64,000 nt of DNA from Eledone cirrhosa (lineage: Eukaryota), in assembly GCA_964016885.1 (NCBI GenBank), contig OZ024741.1, positions 241,676,001 to 241,740,000 on the forward strand, given 5' to 3'. Shown piece by piece: positions 24,151 through 35,786 of this stretch. Numbering within the stretch: the stretch's first letter is position 1; every line of letters starts with the position of its first letter. The notes beneath the pieces were generated by a model. That model searched no databases. It saw nothing but the letters and a program-made list of their open reading frames with translations, and was not told where the DNA came from. The position numbers were made by a program, and so were the translations under genes.

Positions 24151-25031
24151 AGTAGACAACAAAGTATGTTTGATATTGCAATATGTAATGTTAACAAGTG
24201 GAGAGTAGAGACCAACAAAGTATGTTTGATATTGCAATATGTAATGTTAACATGTGGAGAGTAGAGACCAACAAAGTATGTTTGATATTGCAATATGTAA
24301 TGTTAACATGTGGAGAGTAGAGACCAACAAAGTATGTTTGATATTGCAATATGTAATGTTAACATGTGGAGAGTAGAGACCAACAAAGTATGTTTGATAT
24401 TGCAATATGTAATGTTAACATGTGGAGAGTAGAGACCAACAAAGTATGTTTGATATTGCAATATGTAATGTGGAGAGTAGAGACCAACAAAGTATGTTTG
24501 ATATTGCAATATGTAATGTTAACATGTGGAGAGTAGAGACCAACAAAGTATGTTTGATATTGCAATATGTAATGTTAACATGTGGAGAGTAGAGACCAAC
24601 AAAGTATGTTTGGTATTGCAATATGTAATGTTAACATGTGGAGAGTAGAGACCAACAAAGTATGTTTGATATTGCAATATGTAATGTTAACATGTGGAGA
24701 GTAGAGACCAACAAAGTGTGTTTGATATTGCAATATGTAATGTTAACATGTGGAGAGTAGAGACCAACAAAGTATGTTTGATATTGCAATATGTAGTGTT
24801 AACATGTGGAGAGTAGAGACCAACAAAGTATGTTTGATATTGCAATATGTAATGTTAACATGTGGAGAGTAGAGACCAACAAAGTATGTTTGATATTGCA
24901 ATATGTAATGTTAACATGTGGAGAGTAGAGACCAACAAAGTATGTTTGATATTGCAATATGTAATGTTAACATGTGGAGAGTAGAGACCAACAAAGTATG
25001 TTTGATATTGCAATATGTAATGTTAACATGT
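24151..25031. repeat. 56-bp minisatellite, about 15.5 near-identical copies
   Basis: Unit GTAGAGACCAACAAAGTATGTTTGATATTGCAATATGTAATGTTAACATGTGGAGA. One copy has an 8-bp deletion near 24470. Confidence 0.95.
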
Positions 25032-25191
25032 ATGAAAAGTGATGCACCAGTGTCTGAGTGTGTGGTTGTGATTTAAAAACATCATTTGATTTCTGTAAGG
25101 AATGTGTTGGTATGGACATGAGATATGATTGTAGGGGTGAGAGGGTTAGTATCAATGAGATGTGAATATAGGATGGAGAGAGAGAGAGATC

Positions 25192-25236
<45 letters not shown>

Positions 25237-25605
25237 AGAGAGAGAGAGAGAGAGAGAGAGGGGGTGTTAGTAAGATGTGAATAGAAGATAAATCCTGTGT
25301 GGAAAATGATGCAAGGCACCATGGGAAAATAATTATGGCAGTTACATGCAAAAAGATGAGATGTTATTCTACAGACATGTCTATGAAGAATGGATTAATT
25401 GTTTGTTAAAATTCTGATAGGATAACACTTCTTACAAACATCATATATAGTTCTTTACATACTCTACCATACACTATCACACACATCTTATACACACACC
25501 TCAAAATATATTACACATAATTTATTTTAAAAAGCAGATTTTTTTTATTCTCTAATACACTAAGTTACATTACACATTAGAATGTATTGAACATATTAGA
25601 TATAA

Positions 25606-25904
25606 CTAGCAGAATGGCCCGGCATTACCCGGCGCTATTCTAAACATAGATTGGCATGTTTATCCCTCCTTTCTGAAACAGTTTCGTCGTATGTTCACCA
25701 ATTGATGCAGAAGTCCTAATAAAAAGTGAATAGGCAAATAATGGGTGAATAGGCAAATAATTTTCCATTAAGATTTTTCAAAAGCATGTAATTGCGTTCC
25801 CTCTCTTTTTTGTTGTTGCTTTTGCTGCTGTTCAGCCTCGTGAAATAAATACGTTTGTTTATATTTTGTTATTGTGTATGCATAAATATCTGTTCAAGAA
25901 TATA

Positions 25905-25986
<82 letters not shown>

Positions 25987-26097
25987 TAACAGATTAAAGT
26001 TTAAGCGAAGAATCACTGCTTTCACCCTTAACGGGATCTTCTGAAACTAAAAAAATCAATCTGTGAACACAGAAGTAAATATTTCGAAAACGTTACA

Positions 26098-26148
<51 letters not shown>

Positions 26149-26462
26149 ATATACATATATATACACACACACACAGATAGTGTCATAATGTCGTAATGCA
26201 GACTGCCAGACGTGCAGACAGATATTATAAGGGTGTGATATCGTAGCTATGTATCTATCTAAACAGACAGACTAAGAATTATAGAGAGATCACTAAACAG
26301 CGCCTAATGCGGTCCCTAGGGGATTGAAAATTTGAAATATTTTTTTGCTCAAAACACTCACACGACCATAAGTATTACATGTGTAAAGTTTGAAAAAAAA
26401 CGGTTGGGTGGTTCTCGAGTTTTAGGGAGTCATACAGACAAACAGACATTCTCTGTTTTAGA
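25606..26462 (-). mobile_element. Non-autonomous Helitron
   Basis: Minus strand starts TCTAAAACAGAGAATGTCTG and ends with the hairpin CCGGGTAATGCCGGG, about 10 nt, then CTAG|T. Confidence 0.75.
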
Positions 26463-27222
26463 TTAATAATAAAAAAGTTCAAGGCAGGAAAATTAACATT
26501 TGTTAGAAAATTGGATAGATTTCTTTGTGGAATTTGTTCCAGCTCTCTGAATTCTGAGTGCAAATCCTGCCAAGGTCAACTTTGCCATTCATCATTTCAA
26601 GGTCAATAAAGAAAGTATTGGTCTAATACTGGGTCGGTTCTTTCTCTATGTCCCTTTCTCATTTCCTCTCTCTCTCTTTCTCCTTCTCAGGGAGAAATTG
26701 GCTGGGTTCAGACATGGAGCAGAGATGGTCTACAATATCCAAGACACAATGTATGTCCCTATGATGCGCCTACGATGTCATCAGGAGTTATGAATTAATA
26801 CATAGATACATATTAAATTCCCTGACAGCATTAACCCTCCAGCATTTGCGTTACTCTATATTTACTATTGTATTTTCATGGTAAAGGTTTTATCTCAAAT
26901 AATTATCTCACATAATATCGAAGCTATGAGATTTTGATGCTAATTTACTTTGAGAACAATACCTTAACATCAGTATAAGTGGCAGGTTACAGCCGGTTTG
27001 AACAGAAAGAGGGAAGAGAATTCTTGCTGGATATGGCTGATTTAAATGATAAAGGGTTATGCACTAAAATTATGACAAGCAATTATGTTATATTCTTTAA
27101 TTAGTTAAACACTAAGTTGTATTGAGTAGTAAAAATGTGTTTAGCACTAATATTTCAATAATCAAATACAAGAGAAAGTGGTGTAGGTTAAACACCATAA
27201 TATGTTCAACACCAAAATATAA

Positions 27223-27869
27223 TCTATATATCTAAAACAGAGAATGTCTGTCTGTCCCTCTGAAACTCGAAAACCACCCAACCGATTTTTTTCAAACTTT
27301 ACACATGTAATACCTATGGTTGAGCAAAAAATATTTCAAATTTTCAATGCCCTAGGGACCTCATTAGGCGAAAAACCGCATATTTTAGGCTTTAAAGGCT
27401 CTTTTTAGGCATAATGGAACAATAATCCAGGCGATTTCTTCAAAATTTGCATTACTTATGTCATTTAAAGTGTTTTGAGCAAAAACGATTTTCTCATTTT
27501 TTGCCCCAGGGACCGCATTAGGTGAAAAACAGATTTTTAAAAGCACTGCAGTCCCACATACTTACTACTCTGTAACTATTGCTTTCATTGTACCATAATA
27601 CAACAAATATATGTTCGGTTTGTTGAATGCCTTTTTACTTAACCCTATCGTCTTGGCTTTTGTGGGTTGAACATTTTACTCTCAGGCACCCAATTAAGTT
27701 AAACCCCTGGTAATCTATGACAAATTTTTTTTATAAGCATAAAATGTAGGCACCATCCCCAGGCCGAGGTATTCCGTACTTCTCTGTACTGTTTCATAAA
27801 GGAATAAAGGATGGATAAACATGCCAATCTATGTTTAGAACCCCGAGCAATGCCGGGCTATTCTGCTAG
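27223..27869 (+). mobile_element. Non-autonomous Helitron of the same family
   Basis: A|TCTATATATCTAAAACAGAGAATGTCTG...CCCGAGCAATGCCGGG-CTATTCTG-CTAG|T: TC start, subterminal hairpin, CTAG end, A/T insertion site. Confidence 0.82.
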
Positions 27870-27886
27870 TTAATACTAAAATATTC

Positions 27887-28350
27887 TTCTTCTTCACCTA
27901 CTTATTCCTGAAATGGTCGTGGGGGCAGAGTCCTTAAAACACTCCTTCCAGCAGTCATGTCAGAAGCAACCATCTCCAACTGATCCAGTTGGATCCCCAA
28001 GCAAGACCAGCCAAGCTCATGGATGTTATCCAATATTTTGCTTGGGATCTGCCCCTGGGTCTCTTGCCGGCTGGTTTTGCCCATAAAATCTGTCCAGCAA
28101 TTCTTTCCTGAGACATTCTAACCACATGCCCATAGTATCAGAGCTGTGATCTGATCTCTCAATTCAGAAAAATTGTAGCTCTACCTGGAGTGACTCTTTG
28201 ATTGCCAAGTTACACACTTTATTGAGTAACAAAGAATAGTGGCTAAAAGGGAGTTCCTCCAAAGGGTCTTTGGAGGAACTCCATTTTAGCCACTATTCTT
28301 TCAGTAAATTACCAAAGATTCATGACCATGGGTTAAAGTTGGCACAAATA
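27887..28350 (-). mobile_element. Decayed RTE 3' fragment containing a 71-bp palindrome (28231-28301)
   Basis: Remnant frame ending LPPRPFQE. AAAGAATAGTGGCTAAAAGGGAGTTCCTCCAAAG is mirrored with a single mismatch. Confidence 0.6.
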
Positions 28351-29935
28351 CCATATTTCTAAATAATAAGCATTTAAACTATCATAAACCCCACCCACCC
28401 ACCCAAAAACCCCCAAAAACCCTAAAAAAAAAAAATTGGTGTGATTTAAACACCAACATATTTTAACCAGCAAATACACGTTAATGCAGAACCACTGTAA
28501 ACAGCCAAGAATGTGAAAATCACTAAATTATGTTTTCAAGACCAAAATATATTTTAAACACAATGTGAGTTACTCCTTAACACTATGGTGGTTGTTGGCA
28601 TGGTAATATGTTTATTGCAGTGCCTAACTTCATCACCTGTATTCAACATCCAGCATCCAGCATACAAAAAACAGAGAGGGGGTATAACTGCAGTAAGGTA
28701 TGGCTGTACGGAGTGTATATGTGGTATATGTATGGAGACTGTGTGTGTGTGTGGTATGAATATTTGTGTGTGTGTGTGTGTGTGTGTGCATGTGGTATGA
28801 GCGTAGGTGTGGGTGGATGAGTATGGGTGGTGGGGTATGGAGTGGTGATGTGGTGTGGGAAAGAGGAAAAAGAAGGAAGAAAGCAGAGCAAAGAAAATGT
28901 AGAGTTAATAATTTTACAGAGTTTCCTTAGCAAACATAAAGATTATATATTCCATATTTGGAAATATTCTCACACCTTTACTGCCAATGAAGTATATTAG
29001 TTTTTGTATGGAGTCTGCTGGTGACGAAGGTCTGGAAGTGTCAGGGAGCAGGTTAAAGTGATGGTGGTGGTGGTGGTAGGAGGGGGGGGGTGATGGTGGT
29101 GGTGTTTATAGAAGCTGAGTGAACTTCAAGAGTTTCAAGAAAAAGATGAAAGACAGAACAGAGAGAGAAAGAGAGAACTAGAGAGAGAGAGAGAGAGAGG
29201 GGGAGAGGGAGAGTATGTGACAAACACATGATTATGGTGAGATGGGGGCTATTAGTGAGTGTAGAGGTGACTGTGTGTGTATGTAGGTGATTATATGTGT
29301 GTTTGTGTGTGGGGGTGGTTCTATGTCTCTGTGAGTGTGCATGTGTGTGTACGTGTGTGTGTAGTTGACTCTATGTCAGTGTGTGAGAGTGTGTGTGTGC
29401 TTGTGTGTGTAGGTGATTCTATGTTGGTGTGCATGTGTGTGTAGATGATTGTATGTGTGTTTGTGTATGTGAAAGGTGACTGTGTGTGTGTGTGTATGTA
29501 TGTGTTTGTGTGTGTAGGTGATTCTATGTTGGTGTGCATGTGTGTGTAGATGATTGTATGTGTGTATGTGTATGTGAAAGGTGACTGTGTGTGTGTTTGT
29601 GTGTGTGTCAGCTACAACATGAATGGAATTTGGTTATAGTTCCAGCAAATTCTATAATTGCTGCGCACTCTTCAAGCAACGACCATTGATCGGAAGTGAT
29701 AATGTGAAATGTTATTTAAAGATTCATTTTTAATAGAAAATCTGTTGGAAAGCGTGTGAGAAAATGGTCGTGTTTATTGCAACTGGGGAAATTATTTTTC
29801 AAGAAACGCAGCTATTTATCAGTGCCATGAATACCCCCTTCCAGACCCCTAAACACCTCATTGCACTGATAGTCCTCTCTATTTATATATCACTTTTCTC
29901 TCACTCACTATCTCCCTCAGTCTCTCTCTCTCTCA

Positions 29936-29995
<60 letters not shown>

Positions 29996-30029
29996 TTCTC
30001 ACTCTTTATCTATCTTTCTGTCTAACTCT

Positions 30030-31490
30030 TTTTCTCTTCTATATATCTAACAACTCTTTCTTTCTCTTCTATATATCTATCACACTCTTTCTTTCTCTTC
30101 TATATATCTATCACACTCTTTCTTCCTCTTCTATATATCCATCACACTCTTTCTTTCTCTTCTATATATCTATCACACTCTTTCTTTCTCTTCTATATAT
30201 CTATCACACTCTTTCTTTCTCTTCTATATATCTATCAACTCTTTCTTTCTCTTCTATATATCTATCACACTCTTTCTTTCTCTTCTATATATCTATCAAC
30301 TCTTTCTTTCACTTCTATATATCTATCACACTCTTTCTTTCTCTTCTATATATCTATCACACTCTTTCTTTCTCTTCTATATATCTATCACACTCTTTCT
30401 TTCTCTTCTATATATCTATCACACTCTTTCTTTCTCTTCTATATATCTATCACACTCTTTCTTTCTCTTCTATATATCTATCACACTCTTTCTTTCTCTT
30501 CTATATATCTATCACACTCTTACTTTCTCTTCTATATATCTATCAACTCTTTCTTTCTCTTCTATATATCTATCACACTCTTTCTTTCTCTTCTATATAT
30601 CTATCAACTCTTTCTTTCACTTCTATATATCTATCACACTCTTTCTTTCTCTTCTATATATCTATCAACTCTTTCTTTTTCTTCTATATATCTATCAACT
30701 CTTTCTTTCTCTTCTATATATCTATCACACTCTTTCTTTCTCTTCTATATATCTATCAACTCTTTCTTTCTTTTCTATATATCTATCACACTCTTTCTTT
30801 CTCTTCTATATATCTATCACACTCTTTCTTTCTCTTCTATATATCCATCACACTCTTTCTTTCTCTTCTATATATCTATCACACTCTTTCTTTCTCTTCT
30901 ATATATCCATCACACTCTTTCTTTCTCTTCTATATATCTATCACACTCTTTCTTTCTCTTCTATATATCCATCACACTCTATCTTTCTCTTCTATATATC
31001 TATCACACTCTTTCTTTCTCTTCTATATATCTATCAACTCTTTCTTTCTCTTCTATATATCTGTCACACTCTTTCTTTCTCTTCTATATATCTATCAACT
31101 CTTTCTTTCTCTTCTATATATCTATCAACTCTTTCTTTCTCTTCTATATATCTATCACACTCTTTCTTTCTCTTCTATATATCCATCACACTCTATCTTT
31201 CTCTTCTATATATCTATCACACTCTTTCTTTCTCTTCTATATATCTATCAACTCTTTCCTTCTCTTCTATATATCTATCAGACTCTTTCTTTCTCTTCTA
31301 TATATCTGTCACACTCTTTCTTTCTCTTCTATATATCTATCAACTCTTTCTTTCTCTTCTATATATCTATCAGACTCTTTCTTTCTCTTCTATATATCTA
31401 TCAACTCTTTCTTTCTCTTCTATATATCTATCACACTCTTTCTTCTTCTTCTATATATCTATCACACTCTTTCTTTCTCTTCTATATATC
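30030..31490. repeat. 30/31-bp pyrimidine-rich minisatellite
   Basis: Unit TTCTATATATCTATCA(C)ACTCTTTCTTTCTC. It generates the spurious 819-aa ORF. Confidence 0.95.
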
Positions 31491-31539
31491 CACCCCTCCC
31501 TCTCTCTATGTCTGCCTATTTCTAGGCACCACTGCACAC

Positions 31540-32050
31540 ATTATCATTATCATCATTATCATTAATGTCATGATCCTCATTCTCATCACTACCACCACCA
31601 CCACCACCACCACCACAACCTTCATCATCATCATCATCACCATTCTTGTCATCACCATCAACAGCCCCTTCACCACCACCACCATCTCCGTCATTATCAT
31701 CATCACCATTATTATCATCACTATCAACATCACCTCCACCACCACCAACACCACCATTATCGTCACCACTACCACCACCACCGCCATTATTGTCATCACT
31801 ATCACCACCACCACCACCACCACCACTACCACCACCCCCACCCCCACCATTATCGTCATCACCACCATCACTACCACCACCACCACCAACACCACCACCA
31901 CCACCAACAACACCACCACCACCACTACCACCACCACCACCAACACCACCACCACCACCAACACCACCACCACTACCACCACCACCACCAACACCACCAC
32001 CACCACCAACACCACCACCACCACCATCACCACCACCACCATCATCATCA
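31540..32050. repeat. (CAT)n/(CAC)n complex microsatellite
   Basis: Read directly. Confidence 0.9.
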
Positions 32051-32097
32051 CCAAAAGAACACACTGTGTTTTTTGTTATGTATCACAAGTCTTTTCG

Positions 32098-32166
32098 TTG
32101 GTGCTACTGGTAACATGTATCCCAGTACAACCTGTATCATGGTCGGGTCGTTGGCGACTAAACTGG
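32098..32166 (+). ncRNA. HDV-like ribozyme remnant at the RTE 5' end
   Basis: P1 TGGTGC/GTATCA, P2 CCAGT(32122-32126)/ACTGG(32162-32166), P1.1 CC/GG, P4 TCG...CGA, J4/2 CTAA. P3/L3 appears about 6 nt short. Confidence 0.45.
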
Positions 32167-32420
32167 CAACCCCACCAAGGTTTCTTGGTGAGGAGGGTGA
32201 CTTTGGACATCCTGCAGGACTAAAAACAAAACCTGTCAAAGAGCAAAGGAACTCTTAAGAGTCAATGGCCATCCAAAATCACTGGGAGAGCTGACCCCTT
32301 AGCCTTTGTCAAGGCAGAATTCTAGGAGAAGGAAAACTCTGATATAACACCTGCAACCCATCGGTTTGCAGTTCTACCAGAGACTACTCCACTTACTGTC
32401 TCTTTACTAAATGTCAGTGG

Positions 32421-35400
32421 TTGGGCTTCAGGTTAGCGACCTGTTCCCGGAAAAACTCTCCTGCTACGAAAACAATTCATAGTGCATCAGATTTAAATTC
32501 CAAGCAGTCAGGAGAATGGTTGTCTCTAACCGGAGATTGTGTGATGGGTGTCGGCGAAAGTCTCAATGAGGAAGCCAACATCCTGAGGACCAGAATTCTG
32601 TCTGCAAAAACAACCACACGTATTGGATATTGGAACATAAGAACTATGTACCAACCATCCAAACTTGCGCAAGTTATCGGAGAAATGGAGGCCTACAAAA
32701 TTAACATCCTGGGCCTCAGCGAGGTCCGCCTGACTGACTCTGGGAAGTTTGTCCATGAAAACAAGACCATCCTGTTCTCAGGCCGTCAGAACGGGACCCA
32801 CCGAGATGGAGTTGCAATCATCATGGACAGGGCTGCCAGTGGTACCCTTGAGGAGTGGACTCCTATCAACGAACGCCCAATGACAGCAAGATTCACCACA
32901 TCACATGCAAAGGTCACCATAGCTCAGTGCTATGCTCCAACCAACGAACATAGCAACGATGATAAAGACGCTTTCTACCAGCAACTACAAGATGTTGTCA
33001 ACAAAACCCCACGTCATGACATCCTGATCATCATGGGAGACATGAACGCACAGATCGGGGGAAGCAGGGTTGGCTTTGAACATGTCCTTGGCCCCCATCC
33101 TTATGGAAACCGCACGGACAACGGGGACAGGTTTGTCCAGTTCTGTGCCATGAACAATATGAAAATCGGCTCATCACTATTTGACCACAAGAACATCCAC
33201 AAGGTCACATGGGCTTCAAACGACCACAGGACCAAGACGCAAATAGACCACATTGTGATTGGCCCAAGTTGGAGAGCTCCTTGCCTGCAGGACATCCGAG
33301 TCTACTGGGGCGCAGATGTCTGCAGTGACCACTATCTGCCTGTTACCAAACTTAAAATCAGACTGAGGAAGCAGAAGAAGAGAGCACTCACTACAAGGCG
33401 TTTTGACACTACCAAGCTGAAGAACGGTGACACAGAAGCACAGTTCGAGGCTGCTTTGAGGAACAGATTTGCTGTCCTTGAGGAGTCTGCACCAGGCTCG
33501 GTCAATTGGTGGGAGGAAATGAAGAAGACCATGGAAGCTGCAGGGGAAGAAATCTTGGGCTACAGGAAGTCCCTCAGAGAAGCTTGGGTCAGCGATAACA
33601 CCTGGCAGCTGATTAATGAAAGGAAAGCCCTACACCAGCAGAGGCATGCCACTACCCCAGAGGCCATCAAGGTATATCAGCAGTATGTTGACAAGGACAA
33701 GGAGGTGAAACGCAGCGCCCAAAAGGACAAACGAATGTGGCTTGAGGGTAAGGCAGAGGAGGCGGAAGCAGCTGCGGCACGCAATGACATGCGCTCTGTG
33801 TACCAAATTGCCAAGAAAATCACCGGTAGCTCTAGAGCTAACTCAGGCCCGGTGAAAGCGAAAGATGGTACGCTGCTTTCCAAGACTGAAGAAAAGTTAG
33901 TCAGATGGGCTGAACATTTCAAGGAAGTCCTCAACCGACCGGAGCCACGTATGCCAGCAGACACTAAGGAACCTACTAGTTTGTTGCCTATCAATACTGA
34001 TGACTTCACCGAGAAGGAAGTTCGCATGGCCATCAAAACCCTTAAGAATAACAAGTCACCAGGTATGGATGGCATTTCTGCTGAAATGCTGAAGTCAGGA
34101 GGTGAAAGCATGGTCAAGTGGATGGGCCACTTATGTAATCTTGTGTGGAACACGGGTGAAGTCCCAGAAGATTGGAGAAACGGAGCGGTTGTCTGTATCC
34201 CCAAGAAGGGCAACCTTGCCGATTGTGACAACTGGAGGGGAGTGACACTTCTCTCCATACCAGGGAAGGTCTATTGTCTGATGATCCTGAACCGCATATG
34301 TGGCATGGTAGACCGGGAACTGCGAGAACAACAGGCAGGGTTCCGACCAAAACGTTCCTGTGCAGAGCAGATCTTTACGTTACACCGCATCATTGAGAGG
34401 TACAACGAATTCCAGAGGCCCCTCGCCGTCAGCTTTATCGATTTCTCCAAAGCATTCGATAGCATTCATCGGCTGTCACTCTGGAACATCATGCATGAGT
34501 ATGGTCTGCTCCAGAAAGTCATTTCGGCAATCAAACAGATTTATGCAAACTCCAAGTGCTGCATACGGACAGAGGATGGTTACAGTGACTGGTTTGAGGT
34601 GGTTACTGGTGAGCGTCAGGGTTGCTCGCTCTCTCTAATTCTCTTTGCCATAGCCATTGACTGGGTACTAAGAAGAGCGTCTAAAGACCAGGGTATATCT
34701 TGGGTGGGAGAGCAAAAGTTGTCTGACCTGGACTTTGCGGACGATATTGTTGCACTTGCAGAGAGCACAGCTGACCTGCAAATCATTATGAACAATATCA
34801 ATGTCGAAGCAGGAAGCTTAGGTCTCAATATCAGTGCTAAGAAGACCAAAAGCATGTTATCTGGGACACACCCATCACCAACTAGTGTTTTCATTGAATA
34901 GAGGGAGGTGGAGATAGTGGACAACTTCACCTACCTAGGAAGCTCCATTGACAATGGGGGCGCCATGGACAGTGAATTGCAGTGTAGAATGGGAAAGGCT
35001 TCAGCAGCATTTAACCAGCTTGTCAACATCTGGAAGAGCAGGAAGTTCACCCTCAAAACAAAGATGAGATTCTACAACAGCAACGTGCTGTCCATACTCT
35101 TGTACGGAAGTGAAACATGGCACTTTAAGACCAGCCAAGAGAAGAAGTTGGACGCATTCGATTCCAGGTGTCTGCGAAAGATCCTGGGGATTAAATGGAG
35201 TGACCATGTAACAAACCAGGAAGTCAGGAACTGCACCAACCAGCAGATAGTCTCTTCTGCCATCTGCAAGCGACGCCTGGGCTGGTTTGGGCACGCTTTG
35301 AGACTTCCCCCGGAGAGACTAGCGAACCAAGTACTTAAATGGAACCCACAGGGAAGCAGACGGAGAGGGCGACCCAAAATGAACTGGCGCCAGACAGTTG

Positions 35401-35516
35401 AGAAGAACCTGCGAGCGACAGACAGACAATGGCGGGACGCTGTGCAACTGGCTGCTGACCGAACGCGGTGGAACACTACGATTGCCTCATGTGTCGCAAG
35501 ACGCGGGAGCTTCTGA
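32421..35516 (+). pseudogene. RTE ORF (APE endonuclease + reverse transcriptase) interrupted by an in-frame TAG at 34899-34901
   Basis: WNIRT, GLSEVR, GDMNA, QIDHI and SDH (APE); QAGFR, FIDFSKAFD, QGC and LDFADD (RT). ORFs 32421-34901 and 34908-35516 are in the same frame. Confidence 0.93.
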
Positions 35517-35559
35517 GTCTGAGTCTGATCACAAGTCTTCTTTCATAAGTTCTAAGTCT

Positions 35560-35718
35560 TGATGATGATGATGCCGGTGTTGGTGGTGGTGGTGGGGTGG
35601 TGGTGGTGGTGGTGGTGGTGTTGTTGTTGGTGGTGGTGGTGGTGGTGGTGGTGGTGGTGGTGGTGGTGGTGGATTGGTGGTGATGGTGGATTGGTGGTGG
35701 TGGTGGGGTGTGTGTGGG

Positions 35719-35786
<68 letters not shown>

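Larger units (their letters stand above)
32094..35527 (+). mobile_element. Full-length RTE-clade LINE with a 12-bp target-site duplication
   Basis: ATCACAAGTCTT at 32082-32093 and 35528-35539. 5' UTR, one APE+RT frame and a (CTGAGT)n tail. Confidence 0.95.

Noticed and set aside
24151-25031. CRISPR-like regular array
   Set aside because: Pure tandem repeat with no unique spacers, in a eukaryotic context with no cas genes.
29764-32223. 819-aa ORF
   Set aside because: Translation of a stop-free 30/31-bp minisatellite plus (CAC)n; no domain signal.
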